This document shows, piece after piece, positions 1-14,000 of a stretch of 64,000 nucleotides of DNA. Position numbers and translations under genes: made by a program. This DNA is from Catajapyx aquilonaris. Taxonomy: Eukaryota. The notes below the pieces were generated by a model, which was not told the origin of the DNA, ran no database searches, and worked only from the letters and a program-made list of their open reading frames with translations. The number at the start of each line of letters is the position of its first letter. Position 1 is the stretch's first letter. Location: assembly GCA_000934665.2 (NCBI GenBank), contig JYFJ02000239.1, positions 62,001 to 126,000 on the forward strand. The letters run 5' to 3'.

Positions 1-2010
1 AGCTGCATCCGCTGTAAAGGTCCACCCCCATTATTTTCGAGCAAAGGACCTCTGTTTTTTTTCCAGCATGCCCCCCAAAAAAGACCAGAATCCATCTTCA
101 TTCCCAGACATTTTTTTCCGCCTTCTTCGTCTTGTGGAAGTGCTCGACAGATCTCTGAGTATAAACCCTAATGGAGGGTGATCCCCCTGAGGAAGAAACC
201 CCCTCAAACCCTCATCTCGACGTTCCAAATCGAATTCGGACCAGGGGATCGACCCGCCTGCGCCACATCAGGTCTCGTCTACTTGTAAATCACTCCCAAA
301 ATGCACGCTTCGACTGGTGCTAACGGAGAAGAAAACAATTACCAGGGGACATCCTACTGGTCCAGCCAACAATGATTCTGTGATTTACTCGAAATAAATT
401 TTCAGACTCCTCTACACGTGTAAATTCCCAGCCTCATTGTTTCTCAAAACAAATGGAGTACCGCAATGCAGCATATTGCCTGAGACCCAACACACATTAT
501 TGGATTACAGGTACTAAATCTTGATGGGGATTAGCCCACCCCGAGTTAAACAAGTTTCCAGCATGGTTCTGGAAGCTAGAACCTTCCGCTTCCTAAGTTT
601 CACACACAAATATTTCAAGCTTTCTCACTTGGCATCAGGAAGGTGGACAAAATATGTCAACTCATTCTAGGGTTGACAGCGTGCCCGAGGTTACAAATGT
701 AAGCGTGATAACCAGGTGATAGCGCTTGTTTGACCAATGTCACTCTGATAACCTGGAAAAAGGCGCCATAAATATTATCCAGGTCGGATGCCAGCAGTTC
801 CATTGTATAAATCGCTTCTCTAGACTCTATTCACAATGATGCATTGTCCTCATCCGAAATAACGACACCGTCTCGATAAACCTAAAAAAATACTTTTTTC
901 CGAAATGAAGCCGTGCCCCTTTCTCTTCCGGCACTTAAAAAGATCTCGCCAACACACGTAGCATTGTTGCTTTGTGAGAGAAACGATGTCACCCTGAGCG
1001 AATTGCCGGTCAAGTGCAATTGTGCCCAAAATCTAATTAATACTCTGATTACCACTTCCGCTTCCCATCGCCTTTTCTTTCTAATCCTGATTTACTTTCG
1101 CAAATGAAATCCACCAGTCCCTATGCATAATCAGGGCACTTCCTTCCGCTACGAGAAAAAGTCTGACTCCAAACTTTTTCCATCATCCAAAAAAGTCAAT
1201 TAGATCAATAAGCACCTCGTAACCCTGGGTAAATCTCAGAATTTCATTACGATACGCAACAGATGGCGCCTGGTTAACTCCAGGCAATCAGTGCCATCTC
1301 TACTTTACAAAATAAGGCGACGCAGCTCTTAATAGCAATCTGAAGCTTTGACGAGTGACCAGTATATACATTTCAGTACGCAACAGTGAGAGGCCGATGC
1401 TACGGAAACTTGTCTGTCCGTGACGGCATCGATCTTGCGACGCCAATGCAGACTTCCCCATAGCATCTTTTTCGACGAAAACATTCAATTCGGCGCAAAT
1501 TAAAAGCCCACCTAAAATTTCGCACCGATCAAGAGCAAGGCCGTTCCTGAATTTAACGAGGGTCCCATAGTGACCGCAAACATGCCTCTCTCCATTTGCG
1601 GTGCTAGCACGCAACTTCCCCAGCTGATGAAGTGCGCGATAAGGTGTCTAGAGGCTGATATATATCTCGCCTCTTGACTTTTACAGATTAATAAAATATC
1701 TGTTATTGCAAAGTGTGATAATTTTACAACAATGGTGCATATCAGTCATGCCCTTCATAGATATTGCCCACTAAAAATAAATTTGCAGCAACTCCTCTCC
1801 CCAGCAATTTCTACACTTGTGGTGCCTACAGTACATTCAGCGAACTGTACAAGCCCTTAAATTATTACTGGCTCTACACTACAAGCTGCATAATAAATCG
1901 CCACCAAAATACACAGCCTCCGTAGTACGATCCATACCGCCCCCCAAAAAAATGATGCGTCGGAAATCCTCATTGGCGCATCAACAATTATCCCAATTAT
2001 TTGCACATAC

Positions 2011-2053
2011 CTGCTGGCGTCATTTTCACAGGAGTCGCAACTTTCAAAGGCAT
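2011..2053 (-). CDS. Possible first coding exon (MPLKVATPVKMTPA) of an unidentified minus-strand gene running off the left edge
   Basis: Kozak-like accatcgccATG at 2053 and strong donor CAG|gtatgt at 2011, downstream of a CpG-rich patch. I found no in-frame acceptor inside the window. Confidence 0.25.
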
Positions 2054-5000
2054 GGCGATGGTGGTGGTGGTCACAAAAAAATACTAATCTCACTAAATTA
2101 CTATCTTGCACTAAGCGTGTGCCACTGGTTAGGTGGCAGAGAAGCGTCGATGCGCGTCTGCACGCTGCGTCAGTCGGTCAGCAAGTGAACCTCTCTTCCT
2201 CTCCATGGTAAAAAGCCTCCCCCATTCCCCTCCACCCAGCCCACCCCCCCTTTCCTCCCGGGCCGGCTTCCTCCTCTTACTGCATGATAAAAAAGATACT
2301 GCGGATGCAGCACCTACACTTGCTCATTACACATGTCGACGTCACCGCAAAGATGGCAAAAATAGGTTGCGTCACGATCCAGGTGTGATAAAATATTGGG
2401 ATGTTTTGGTCCGACGCACTTGCCGGTATTGCACATGGTACCACGTGTATGCATAGGCTGTGTGGGAAATGCGTTTTTGAAAAATTCTAGCCGCTCAAAA
2501 TTGGCAAATTAATCCGATAGCTCTTGGGCGCGTTTTTATTAAAAAGGGGCTTAAGGGCTCTAAGCAGGTTTTAAAGCTGCTAATGTTCCGGTAATAATTT
2601 TGCGGAGCTTCCACCACCTGCACACTAAAACTGTGCAAACTCCATTAAAATTATGAAAGCAATCTCCCATTATTGTTAGCCAAGGAGGGCGTTTACGGTT
2701 TAATGACAAAAGGAATTGCGCAATAAAATAAAGATTAATAAATATCTCCTCTGGCACAAAATATAAGATTTTATGTGCCCTAACACAGTTTATCCTGCAT
2801 ACCTAATTAATTATGCAGGAGTCAGCAAAGAAACATACACAATGGTGCACATTAGCCCATACTCCCAGTACAAAATTGGAGTAAAGTGATATACACTGTA
2901 TTATTTTATGGATTGTTTACGTCAGCTGTATGCAACAATATTACTGGGGCTTGTGTAAATAATGCATGTAAAATACACATTGCATCTAGATGACAGCTTT
3001 AAAAACATGAATATTGGGCCCATCTGCCTATCAATGGCATATTCTATCAATACAGTGATCACTAATGTTATCTGACAGGTAAAACTCACAAGTCATGTTC
3101 ATTGGCTGGTACAGTATCTTGTAGTATATCACGTGGCGCAACTTCCGAGAATATTCTTGTATGTACTTTTTTCTATTATGTAACATATTTCATCGTATAA
3201 ACTTCATCAAAATGGGCCATGATATTAATTTGTCCTGCGCATATCAAACAATTTTGGGGGGCAAACTGATACATCTGCATACTATAACAGGTGGAAGCTA
3301 TAGGTATGAAAATAAGACGCAAATTATCTGCATGAGCACCTTGAAGCATCTTTCTGCATTTTCGTGCACATGAAAATGTAACAAGTCGACGTCCATTTTT
3401 TTCATTCAATCGCCATTGCGCAATAGCATGCAGGCGTTTTCCTCGCACGTCACCATTGTAAACCCAAACGTGCCCGACAAACCGACATTTATTCTCTCGC
3501 ACATTATCAAATGATATTTTCGTGCTCCAAGGGCAAAAGGATGCTGGTTAAAATATTCGCACACTGTCAAGGTCGCCGCACTTCATACATGCCCGGAAAT
3601 TCAACAGTAACTCACAGATACACATATCGTCACGGCACATCCGCCGTTTTGCAACCCATCGCATTAATTTGCATGCCACATTACCCCACATTTTACGACC
3701 AAAACCAACGACCTCATAAAAATCGCACCGGTTGATTTGCTGCCCTTGATTCAGGAATGTCACAATTACCATCCGACATGCGGGATAAGCGCCAAAAATT
3801 GACACCCTCGTTACACATGCCGGAGGGGTCAATCAAACGATACCCCAGCTACCTGCTTGGATCTCGTGGGTGGAAAGTGCGTCTCTTCATAAGGGTATGA
3901 CTGATGTGTCTTCCCCGCCCATCTGTATATAATCCCTGCACGTGACCACTCTCGCCCATTTAATCTCACCTCCGTCGCACCTGCTGCACTCCTTTTTTTT
4001 TTTTTTTGGTATGAATCACGGTTGCCCTCACGTGAATCTTCCACTACCTGATCGCCATTTTTTGAGGCGTGCGTTTCTCTAGCATGGGCGGTGGCTTGAT
4101 CTATTGCTCCTTATATTCTGCCAGGGTCCATTCGTCATGTCGGATTCCTTGCCCATTTCATTTGCAAAAGTGTGCGGATTTATGGACGGAGCCGATGGAT
4201 CCATTGTGCGGTTTGGGCAGGGATCATTATGCTGGACCAGTTGGCCAGAGAAAAAAGTGGGTGCTGTCACATGCCTCCTGATTACATCGGTGTATGGGTG
4301 GCACCGATTTGTGGTGCATTATGATTAAATGAGGTGGAAAATACTGATAAGATGTCCTTAACCATCACAATGGTGAATGTAACCTGGTTTGAAATATCCT
4401 ACACCATCTTTTTCGAAAGAAAAAATAAATAAATACTGTGTACCAACAATTATTGCAGCTGTGTTCTGTTGTGAATTGTTCATACATTGCCCAGAATTTG
4501 GTCAGCAATGTATTGCCCAATTTATTTCCAAGAGCCCATCAACTAATGAAAAGCGACTCTCAACACAGCTATTCCATTAGAGGAGTGGTTGCACCGCAGT
4601 TTTAAATTTAGCCTCAGTCACACCGTACATTTCCCCCGGCCTAACTAACCGCACCAGAACTTTCCTCCTTACATGATGTCCCATTCGGCATAGTTTGTGC
4701 CAGGTATATTTTAAAATATTCACGACATGCAGCACCGTGTTAAGCCAGCTCCACTGGGTGCTCGACGAAGCAAGCGCTGTGAATGCACACGGGGACACGA
4801 TGTGAAACAATACCTGCTAACCTGACCACATGCACTGATCTGTCCGATAAGAGGAGATTCGGGAATATCAGTCCCTCCCAACAAAAATGGTTAATGAAGA
4901 CACCATTGGCATGGTAAGTCACAATTTCTGTTTTTTTTTAAAATGCTTGGCGACAGTCTATCCTATTAAAGAACCCCATATCGACCTCCACAAAAATTCA

Positions 5001-8000
5001 CACACAAAAAAACACCCAACAATGTGACCCGAGTTCCCAAATACCAGCCACACGCCCTGCCATTACAACCCCCCTAACACCCAGTCTATCGTCCCTAATA
5101 CAATAAACCCCAGCCCCCTTGTGGCAAACAAAAGCTTGTTTGTGCACCCATCTCACACTAACACCCACCCAAAAAAAACCACCCTTTCAATTTGAAGAGA
5201 AACCTAAAGACCTCCAGATCCGAACTGAAGCGCAATATAAATTATCCCACCCGACCTCCAGGCTACTTGTAAAACTTAAGTACAAAAAGTATAAAAAGGA
5301 AAAAAAAGCCTTGATAAGTAAGTACTTCAAGAGAGATGGGGGGAGACTTTGTGGACCAAATCGATATAGAGCTCGCGTGCAGGATGCTTCAAACACAAGG
5401 CTGCATCATGCGGGATTGCTGCATCTGACACACCCTGTACCCTGAGGCAAGATACACCTGCGCCTCGGGTTTGCCACATGTACTTTTTTTTTGTCCTGAA
5501 GTTTCTGCACGGTTTGATGAAAGTTGTAGCTTTCCCGCAGAGTGGATGAATTTATGGCAAAAATGGCTCCCCCTTTTTTTATATGGTTGGAATTTTTGCG
5601 TGAGACCGTGTCGTATAGCATGGTGCTATTTTATGGGTATTCAGATTGTTCACCTTTGGTCACGGTTTGTTCAACTTATGGTGGTTGCTGCGTAGATAAG
5701 GGCACATATGGCAAAATATCTTCTGTTTCATGATGAAGAAGCAAATTCATGCCAAGTCACACCCATACTTTCAATACCTAATCCGGTAAGTTGATTCAAT
5801 TGTTCCGTGCCAGGCGTATAGGAAGTGGCCTCTTGTAAACAACGATGCCGTGAGTTGGAAGCTGGGAATCCTAGTCATGATCGCAAATCATCGCATCCAA
5901 CCTGGGCAGAACCTGTTATTTCCCGAACCGCAAACAAGCCGAAGAATCCCATAATGGGCAAGATTAGCGTGCAAATTCCGACCAGGTGATACGCAATATA
6001 GTGTCTGTACATTAAGGTGAAGCTGCTGCCACGAATTTAGCAGAATTTAGATCAATACTAAGGGAGAGGGTGAGTAATTCTCCCCCACGATAAGGCTTCC
6101 CTTCTAAAAGAAAAAAAAGGGGGACTTGAAGAAGGGGAAGTGGGGAAAGGGAAGAAAGTTAAGCTGACTGTGCCATATGATGATTTAAGCGAAGCAGAAA
6201 TCCGTTTTTTGGAGGGGTCCAATATAGAGAAAGTGCCATCTCCCCCTCTTCACTAAAAGACACGCTTGATTTCCACATTTGCACCTATTCATGCTTCCTT
6301 TTCTGACAAATCAATTCCGGGTAAAGAAACTAGCTGCTGTGCCGCAGTCTCGCTCAATATCTAATTTTCACCATTCAATATGTCTCCATTCATTTTCTCC
6401 CCCAGCCCATTTTCTAAGAAAGTTTCCTTACTGGAAAGGAAAAATGAGCGAATATACATTCGAAAAACGGGCCAGTTTAAAACTTTTGCCGCAACTGGCA
6501 CGGTTTCCAACTTGATTGACGATTTTTTTTTTGACAAAAAAAAAAAACATGCCCAATACCCCTGAATCGATCCGACTTCACAAATACGGGTTGCAGCTCC
6601 CATGGGCGATGTCACTGCTCCCTTAAAAAAAGGACCAAAGTTTGGTCCATGCCAAAATGACAGAAGGCCACGTGCTAGAGTATTTTTACAAACCGCAAAG
6701 GAAACTTGGAAGGAGGAAAGGCGAGAGAAAATTCCTCATCACGTCGTACCAATTATCCCCGCAATTTAAGCACCAATTCCCTTCAATTTTTACACCCACG
6801 TAATACCAACTTCCTTCCGTCTTCCCTCCAAATCCAAGGCCAATTGGGACATGCAAATTAAGGCGCTCCAGTCCAGACTAACCACTTCTTGTCCCATTAT
6901 TAATTGGTCGATAGCATATATAGCTGGCTGATAACACAGCTCAATTGGATGCTTCCGGTTTAGAAATTACGCGCAGTTTATATCCAATGCGTAAACAAGA
7001 AGCCATCAATAACTGATTAAAATATTTAATTAACATATGGGTGGGCCAAAAACAAAATTTTAAATAATGGCAGGCACCAATTTGATAGGAAATATATCAT
7101 GCAATTTCACACATAGGTAAACCGTTCCACCAAGCAACCACATGTAAAATTCCAGTTATTCAAAGCAGGATACGTTTTGCGTCGATTTTCGTGAAATGAC
7201 GCCAGCATCAACATTGTTACCACCTACTCTTCACCTGGTGACCAAACACTGCCCACGTGCACAAATTTTTAAAGAGAGTCGCACGCGCACATAGAATTCA
7301 TTGGTCAGCTGTTGCATTAATTTCGCCCATAAGGTGAGTGTGTCTTATGCCCCCCCACGCCCATTGCATCTTGCGCACTTCCTCCGTAAAAGGATGAGTG
7401 ACCACGCTAATGTCTGTAGATGCACAAAATAGAGTTTAATAAGGCAAAGTGCAGGGCGCGTCCTGACTTGATATTTATAGCAATTCAGAACTGCGCCGAT
7501 GCGGCAAAAATTGACCTGCAATCCCGGAAGAGTCATTACAAACATTGCTTGTGCTATTTCAAGGATAAGTGTCACATGTCAAATCGATACAGGCGTCTGC
7601 AAACATGGCTACGTCCATAGTTCATTTTTCATGCCGAATCAATATCAGACTACTGCATTACGCTACTGGTACATCAAAAGCTTCCGGAGTCACAGAAAAA
7701 GGAGATATTATGTGACTTGGCAAATGACATCATCATGCAGATTTTTCCTCTTTCAATATCAGGGGTTCGGATCATGGCAGCCATCCAGGGACCTGTGATT
7801 GATTGATCTTGGGCCTGCCACTGACAGGTTCCTAACTAGGAGGGCTACCTCAAGGGAAGGTACAAATCACCTCGATTCTGACCACCGGCTAGCTCCATTA
7901 GAACCATCGATTTCCCAACAAATTACTTCTGAGACTTAATTACTCCGCTTCAGTAAATCGGACCGAACCCATTTATCTTGGTGGGAAAACCAAAGTTTGT

Positions 8001-10539
8001 TTTTGAAGGTTACATAATTATGACTCAATCTGTCATGATTCACATGAAATACTGCCTACATGCTTCGATATATGTCATTCTCCGTCTGCCACCCATATGC
8101 AGATTCTGATTACTCAAGCATAGTCTTTACATATATTAATTTTCTGTTATGCATGATGCTGATGTCGCCCACAATCTGTGGGCAGCTGGCTCAAAAAATT
8201 CGACGCATGATTCCAGGTATAGCTCCTCCCATGTGATGTACTTAAAATTTCAGTGTCAAGGCTTCAACACCTCTCTCGTGGTCAAGGTCTCAAGTGAATA
8301 ATTACCACCTGTGAAAGACGTGTGAACAAGCGGATTGACTGCTTCAGTCCACAACCACTTAACAAGAGGTGTGCAGCAAGCAACAAAAATTTCACATTTT
8401 AAGAATATCCCATGGTTGCAAAATTCCATTTGCTTTTACACCGTTTTTTAAGGGCAAAGTGTCTTTGTTCAGGCACCAGGGCAACGGCCCTGAAAATTGT
8501 CGAGCTTCATTTGCTAGCGGAAGTGGCTTAAAACACCTCCTCCCTGTTTCAACAATGTCTTGCTCCAGTTCTTTCGCTTCCCATTATCTTGGTCACTTTT
8601 ACAGTTAAGATACTGGATGCAAGATTGGACTGTTTAAAAAAAAAGCTGCTGAAATAGTCGCTTGCAAAAATTGTTACGAAGAAGCTATTATAAATTTCCG
8701 GACCATTAGCATGCAAAGCCTTCATTATCCTAAGCAGTTCAGCTGTGTAAAATGGCCAAAGTGCATACAATATTTTCACAGAATATTAATTTTATGTGGA
8801 AAGTTTACTGATTCACAATGAGGTTTGTTCTGCATCAGAAAGCTTCTTGAATCTATAATAGCTAATTACCAGACGTGCAGCATTGCAGCCAACAAAATGT
8901 TTGTACAGTAATTTAATTTACAATCACTTTAAGAATGCTGAAATAGCCTGCTGCACTGAATTGAATAAAGAGCCATTAATGATGACGTACTGTTAGTTCA
9001 TTTCAATTTCATCAGCACCTCCATTTCCTCATTTCATGGGAGTAAATAGGTATTGGAAATCAACATTAACCAAAACTAGATATTGGAGGAACTCTAAAGC
9101 AAAAATATTCATATTAAATACAGTAGCTTTTGAAAGCAGTAAGATAACCTCATCTAAAGCACAAGACTGCAATCTCATTTCATCTGCTATTCCCAACATG
9201 TTTTCAGGATCGAGCTGCAGTATTTTCTCAGTATGCCAAAGCCTCGAGGGAATAGAACAGTATAATTCCGCAATCCCGATACCTGCACCAACTACAAATA
9301 CTGGCCCATTGCATTGCATTAAAAAATTAAATGCAACTGAGACATGAATAAATATTCATTCTGTAATTCAGGCTATCAGATATGAACTGCAATGCCCATT
9401 AATTTAATCTTGCTTTCTCTGCTGTCATGCCGTGACACTTGTATATCCGGCTCCATCTTACATGACATAAGTCCTTTACACAAGTATCCAAACATGACTC
9501 AATTCACATGCAAGACAAACATGGCAACACAAAACAAACTCTTGTATTATCATCGTACACTTTCACACCTGTGTTAAAATACTTGATTGGCACTTCCCAG
9601 ACCTTGCAACTGACTTCTTTGGTGCTTGAGCATTGCATCACAAGTTTGGAGGAGTGTTAAAGCTTCCTCACTCACAAGAAGATGGAGTGAGAAGTATATC
9701 CAACAATCTAATTGTCAAGTGAAGAGCTACTTCACATGGTGCAACATCTGTGTAGCAATAACTCCGATGGATATATCAATCATAATTACTGCTGTAGTGT
9801 GTGTACTCTAAAGAAATCTACAGCTCTAAGGTCAAACACTAGCCATTCCATAAGTTGCGCTGAGGTGAGTGTGTGAGAGAGAGCAAATCATATCCACCTG
9901 AATTAAACATTGTCGTATGTCAATAAATTTGAACGCCTCATATCAATGATTTTAATTGACTATAGGAGGAAGAGAGGTTTGTTATGTAACGATCCACACT
10001 AATGCTCCTTTTTTCTCTAAAAAATTGATAAATCCACAGACAAGTGGGGCATGTTCCATAATTATACTGCGTAGAGTCGGGCCAGTAATTGTTTTTTAAT
10101 GGGAAGATTTCTTGACCTATTCCATGACAAATATGCCCTACATTGGCCGGAAAATAATATTCACAAACCTTCTGCATGCAGGCTAAATGTGTCCTTCCTA
10201 CATATTTTAATATCCACATGCAGCATAATTCAAGGCAGTTTTTAAATCATTGTTCATAAGCAAATTACGGTAATTCCGCCATGTAAAATGATAAATACCA
10301 TTCAAAACAACAGCAGGTATGATCATGGTTATATTTTGGCAATTTTCGGCTAATTGTAATCTTCCATTCAGCTTCCTCAATATTCATAACGACGAGCCAT
10401 CAAGGCTTTCTGGACAAGACATGACCACTAGTGATGCAAGTCCAACATGGCCCCTCCATCTGGCATGCTCCCTTCCCCCTCAACCGGGTCTTGTCATCTA
10501 CCCCCTCCACAAAGCAAAAGGGGCTCATTCTACCTTGTT

Positions 10540-11099
10540 CTCCTGTCCACGCCGCTGCCCCTGGGCCGCCCCTGAGGTTTGGAAAAGGGCGTGGGGTGAG
10601 CCAAGCAGCCAAAAAAAAGAGGCAACAATAGAACAGAACGTTCCACAACTTGTTCCAACCACCTACTTCGAACAAAGGTCGCCAGGTGGCAGCACCGAAC
10701 AGGGGCGGGTTGGGAAGCAGCGGGGCGACAACAGTTATATTAGTTCGGAAGCGGCTATAGCTGTTATAGCTAATACACAGATTCAATCTCATGATTCAGT
10801 GTAATTGTGTAACAATGGGACAAATGAACATGTAAATGACTATTGAGATGAATCTTCATATTAGAGCTATGACAGCTCCAAACTAATAATGGCGCCCCTC
10901 TTACTGCGTATGTAACAGCTATTTGCACCAAATGGAGGCTAATATTAGTCTACAGTGTTGCCTATTTGATCACCAATGGCAACACCGATCGTTAGGAAAT
11001 TGTGTTGATTTTTATTTTTCCGCATTTTCTTTCTTTCTTTTTAAAGGGGTGTTCTGATTGGGAACTTGAGTGGCGGGCGATAGAATTTCGTCGGTCAAG
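10540..11099. promoter_or_regulatory. Promoter region upstream of CFAP74, possibly bidirectional, with a CTCF-like site at 10680-10696
   Basis: GC-rich patch with GC boxes (gggcgtgg, gggcggg), CGCCAGGTGGCAGCACC resembling the CTCF core, and a minus-strand donor-like GAA|gtaggt near 10666. Confidence 0.4.
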
Positions 11100-14000
11100 A
11101 TGGAGCCTTCACGTAGAGAGCTCAAGATGAATTCGAATGATATGCACATAATGATGGACCAGAAAAATCTGTTGGGCCTTTTGCAGTATGGAAGGAGCGA
11201 TGCGTCTGACGATGTGGCCGAGGTATTGTTGTTGCTGTAGCCTGTAGGCTACATGTGTATTAATCTAACAGAAGGTCTGAAGTAATTAAAAAAAAAAAAC
11301 TTTTATAATATTAAGCCTCAAAAGGCACTGCTGTGCTGTGCTTGTGCAATATACTGTTACACAACCTTTTAACAACACAATCATGTAATGTTATGCAGAA
11401 AAGAGAAGCTGTACGGCAGTGCGGCATCGAGATCCAAAACATGCAACTAGTGTACAATGAGATACAGGAATTGATGTGTACCCCAGAGCTGATACCGCCA
11501 CAAATGAGGCCAACAATGGAGAAGAAGTTGCAGAGCCTCACTGCCAAAATTCTGAAGAAGGTCCAGGAGGAAGAAGAGCTTGCGGCTCAACTGCGGAGTG
11601 CCGAGTAAGTTTCCTGTCTGCATTTCGTCCGAACTGTCCAAAGGCATCTCGCTCCTCAAAAAATTGTCTCCAAAAGTCTTCAGCACTGACAAGTTAGTGA
11701 GACCTTGTTTGTCTAGTTCTGCCGATTTCGCATTTCAGGGAGAGCTTCCGGCGCATGGACCTGGAGACAGTGAACACAGTCGCGGCGGTGACGCAGGAGG
11801 TCAACCGGATGGACTCCCAGTACACAGCCGTCAGAGATAAGCGTCGGGTCAGGCGCCAGGTACAAGAGAAGCACCTTCTGGACGCCTTGGAGGAGAAGAG
11901 GAAGCGAGAAGAGGAGAAAGCCAGAGAGGAGAAAGCGGCCAGAGAGGAGATGGAGAAGCACCGGATGATGTCCAAGGAAGAGGCCCAGGAGCGGGTAAAG
12001 CCCTATGTGATGAAGACTGCGAAGGAGTGGCGACGACGGAAGGAAGAAGAGGAGAAGGAGAAGGAGAGGCAGGCTCATGAGAAGATGGCTGCGGCCCTGA
12101 CGCTGAAGAAGAATGTGGAGGAGCAGAGGGCGTGTTTTGTGGGCCGGATCGCCATGAGAGCAGTGAAGGACATGGAGGAGAAGGAAAGAGTGGAGGAGGT
12201 GAAGAAAACCCTCCTGGAACAAGGGCGCAACCCGTACTATTACCTCAGGAGGCAGAAGAAGGAGAAGGAGGAGGAGGAGAAGATGCGGCTGATGGAACGC
12301 AAGCAGACAGAGAGGAAGGTGGCCATCATGAAGAAGATAATGGCCGAGGAGGAGTACGTGGAGAAACGGAAGAAGTTCGAAAACAAGATGAAACCTCGTG
12401 CGAGGCAAGCGAAGGATGAGACGCAGGAACTCATGGACTTCATAAGGGAAGAGGGGTGCTTATGGGGGGTGGATGAGGAGGAGGAGGAGGAGGAAGAGGA
12501 AGAAGAAAAAGAGGAGGAACAAGAAGAGGTAGAAGAAATAGGGGAGGAAGAAGGAGATGAAAAAGGCGACGATGAAGAAGAGAAAGAGAATGAAAGAGAG
12601 GAAGAGGAGGGAGCGGAGGAAGAAAAGAAACAGGAAGAGCAGCAGGAGAAGAATTTGGTAAATTTGGCAGAAGCAGAAACCATGTCGACTAACCAGCAGG
12701 ATTTTGGTGAGGATTCGAACGAGGGGAAAATTTCGATGATGGAAGGAGCCAGAGGATCGATAATGACCACAGTGTCTGGCACCAGGAGGAGTTCCCTGGC
12801 TGAATCGGTGCAGGTGGCACAATCTGAAGAGGACGCCCTGGGCTGGTACACTTGCGAGGACGATCGTTCGATCATATCGGCCACTAGCCTTTCCTCCAAC
12901 AGGGACTTCGACCTGAAGCAGTTATCAGACATGGACTCTATATCTGTCGACGATTTCTTCGCCGGACAGTACAAGAGAGCGAACGCGTTCGTCAGCAAAC
13001 CGTCGCACATAATCTTCGATGTAAGTGTAATCCTTATTACACCTTCAGGCCAGTTCAAATATTTTCTTGAGTCCCTGAAACTCTATGATAAATTATTACC
13101 CCCATAGACGTCATACAGTCACAAATGACAGTGGTATTTTTGCGCTTGATATTTGCTGTTGATTCGCACTTTCAGGAGTTTGAGCTGGGCGTCCCTCAGA
13201 GAAAAAGGGGCCGACTGGTCAACGTAACAATGGTGAAGCAGAACATCCGACTGAAGTCATTCCTGCTGTACCAGTCCAAGAAGAATAACAACGGCGGCAT
13301 TGAGGCTCTCTGGGACGATGATTTCATCAAGGCCAATCTGGACGTGACCCTCGAGCGTTTCCCGGGTGGCGTACCGTACGGCCTGAACGTCAACTACGTC
13401 GTCACGTTCACTCCGACGGTCCTGGAGCATCTGGTAGGCGAGCTCCAGTTCGCCTGTCAGGCTGGCACCATCACCGTTCCGATCGAGTGTTACCCTATAA
13501 GCTGCAAGCCCAAGGTGCATTCAGCCAGCGTCAAGTTCGGTACGGTTCTGGTGGGCAAAAGGGTCAACAAGGTCGTCGAAATTCTGAACGCGGGAGCCCT
13601 TGAAAGCGGGTTTACCATGGAGCTGAAAGAAGACGAACGAGATTACGACGAGGAGTGCGAAGATGAAGTGGAAGCTGAGGAAGAAGATAAGGAAGAGGAA
13701 AAGGAGGAAGATGAAACTTCGCCAAGCACAAATTTGGCAACGGAAAAAAACTGGGAGAAGTCTCCGTCGATCTATGTGACGCCGAGCAAGGTTCGGTTCG
13801 CCGAGGAAGACGAGAGAGAGCAGAAGGATGAAGATGGTGACGATGAGGAGGAAGATGAGGACGACGATGACTACCTGATGGAGGCTTACGTTGAGAGCGA
13901 GACTGAAGAAGCGGAGTTCGCGGCCAGATCCATTGTAGAGAGCGCGATAGACGCGGTGTTTAACACCTGGAGGATTTACAGCCTGATGGACAATTACGTA

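Noticed and set aside
31..228. Acceptor near 187 as partner for the candidate exon 2053-2011
   Set aside because: The phase-1 join reaches a stop after about 30 codons, so no coherent gene model results.
10319..10804. Overlapping 161-aa and 130-aa ORFs on both strands
   Set aside because: GC-rich promoter-like DNA with few stop codons; no family resemblance.
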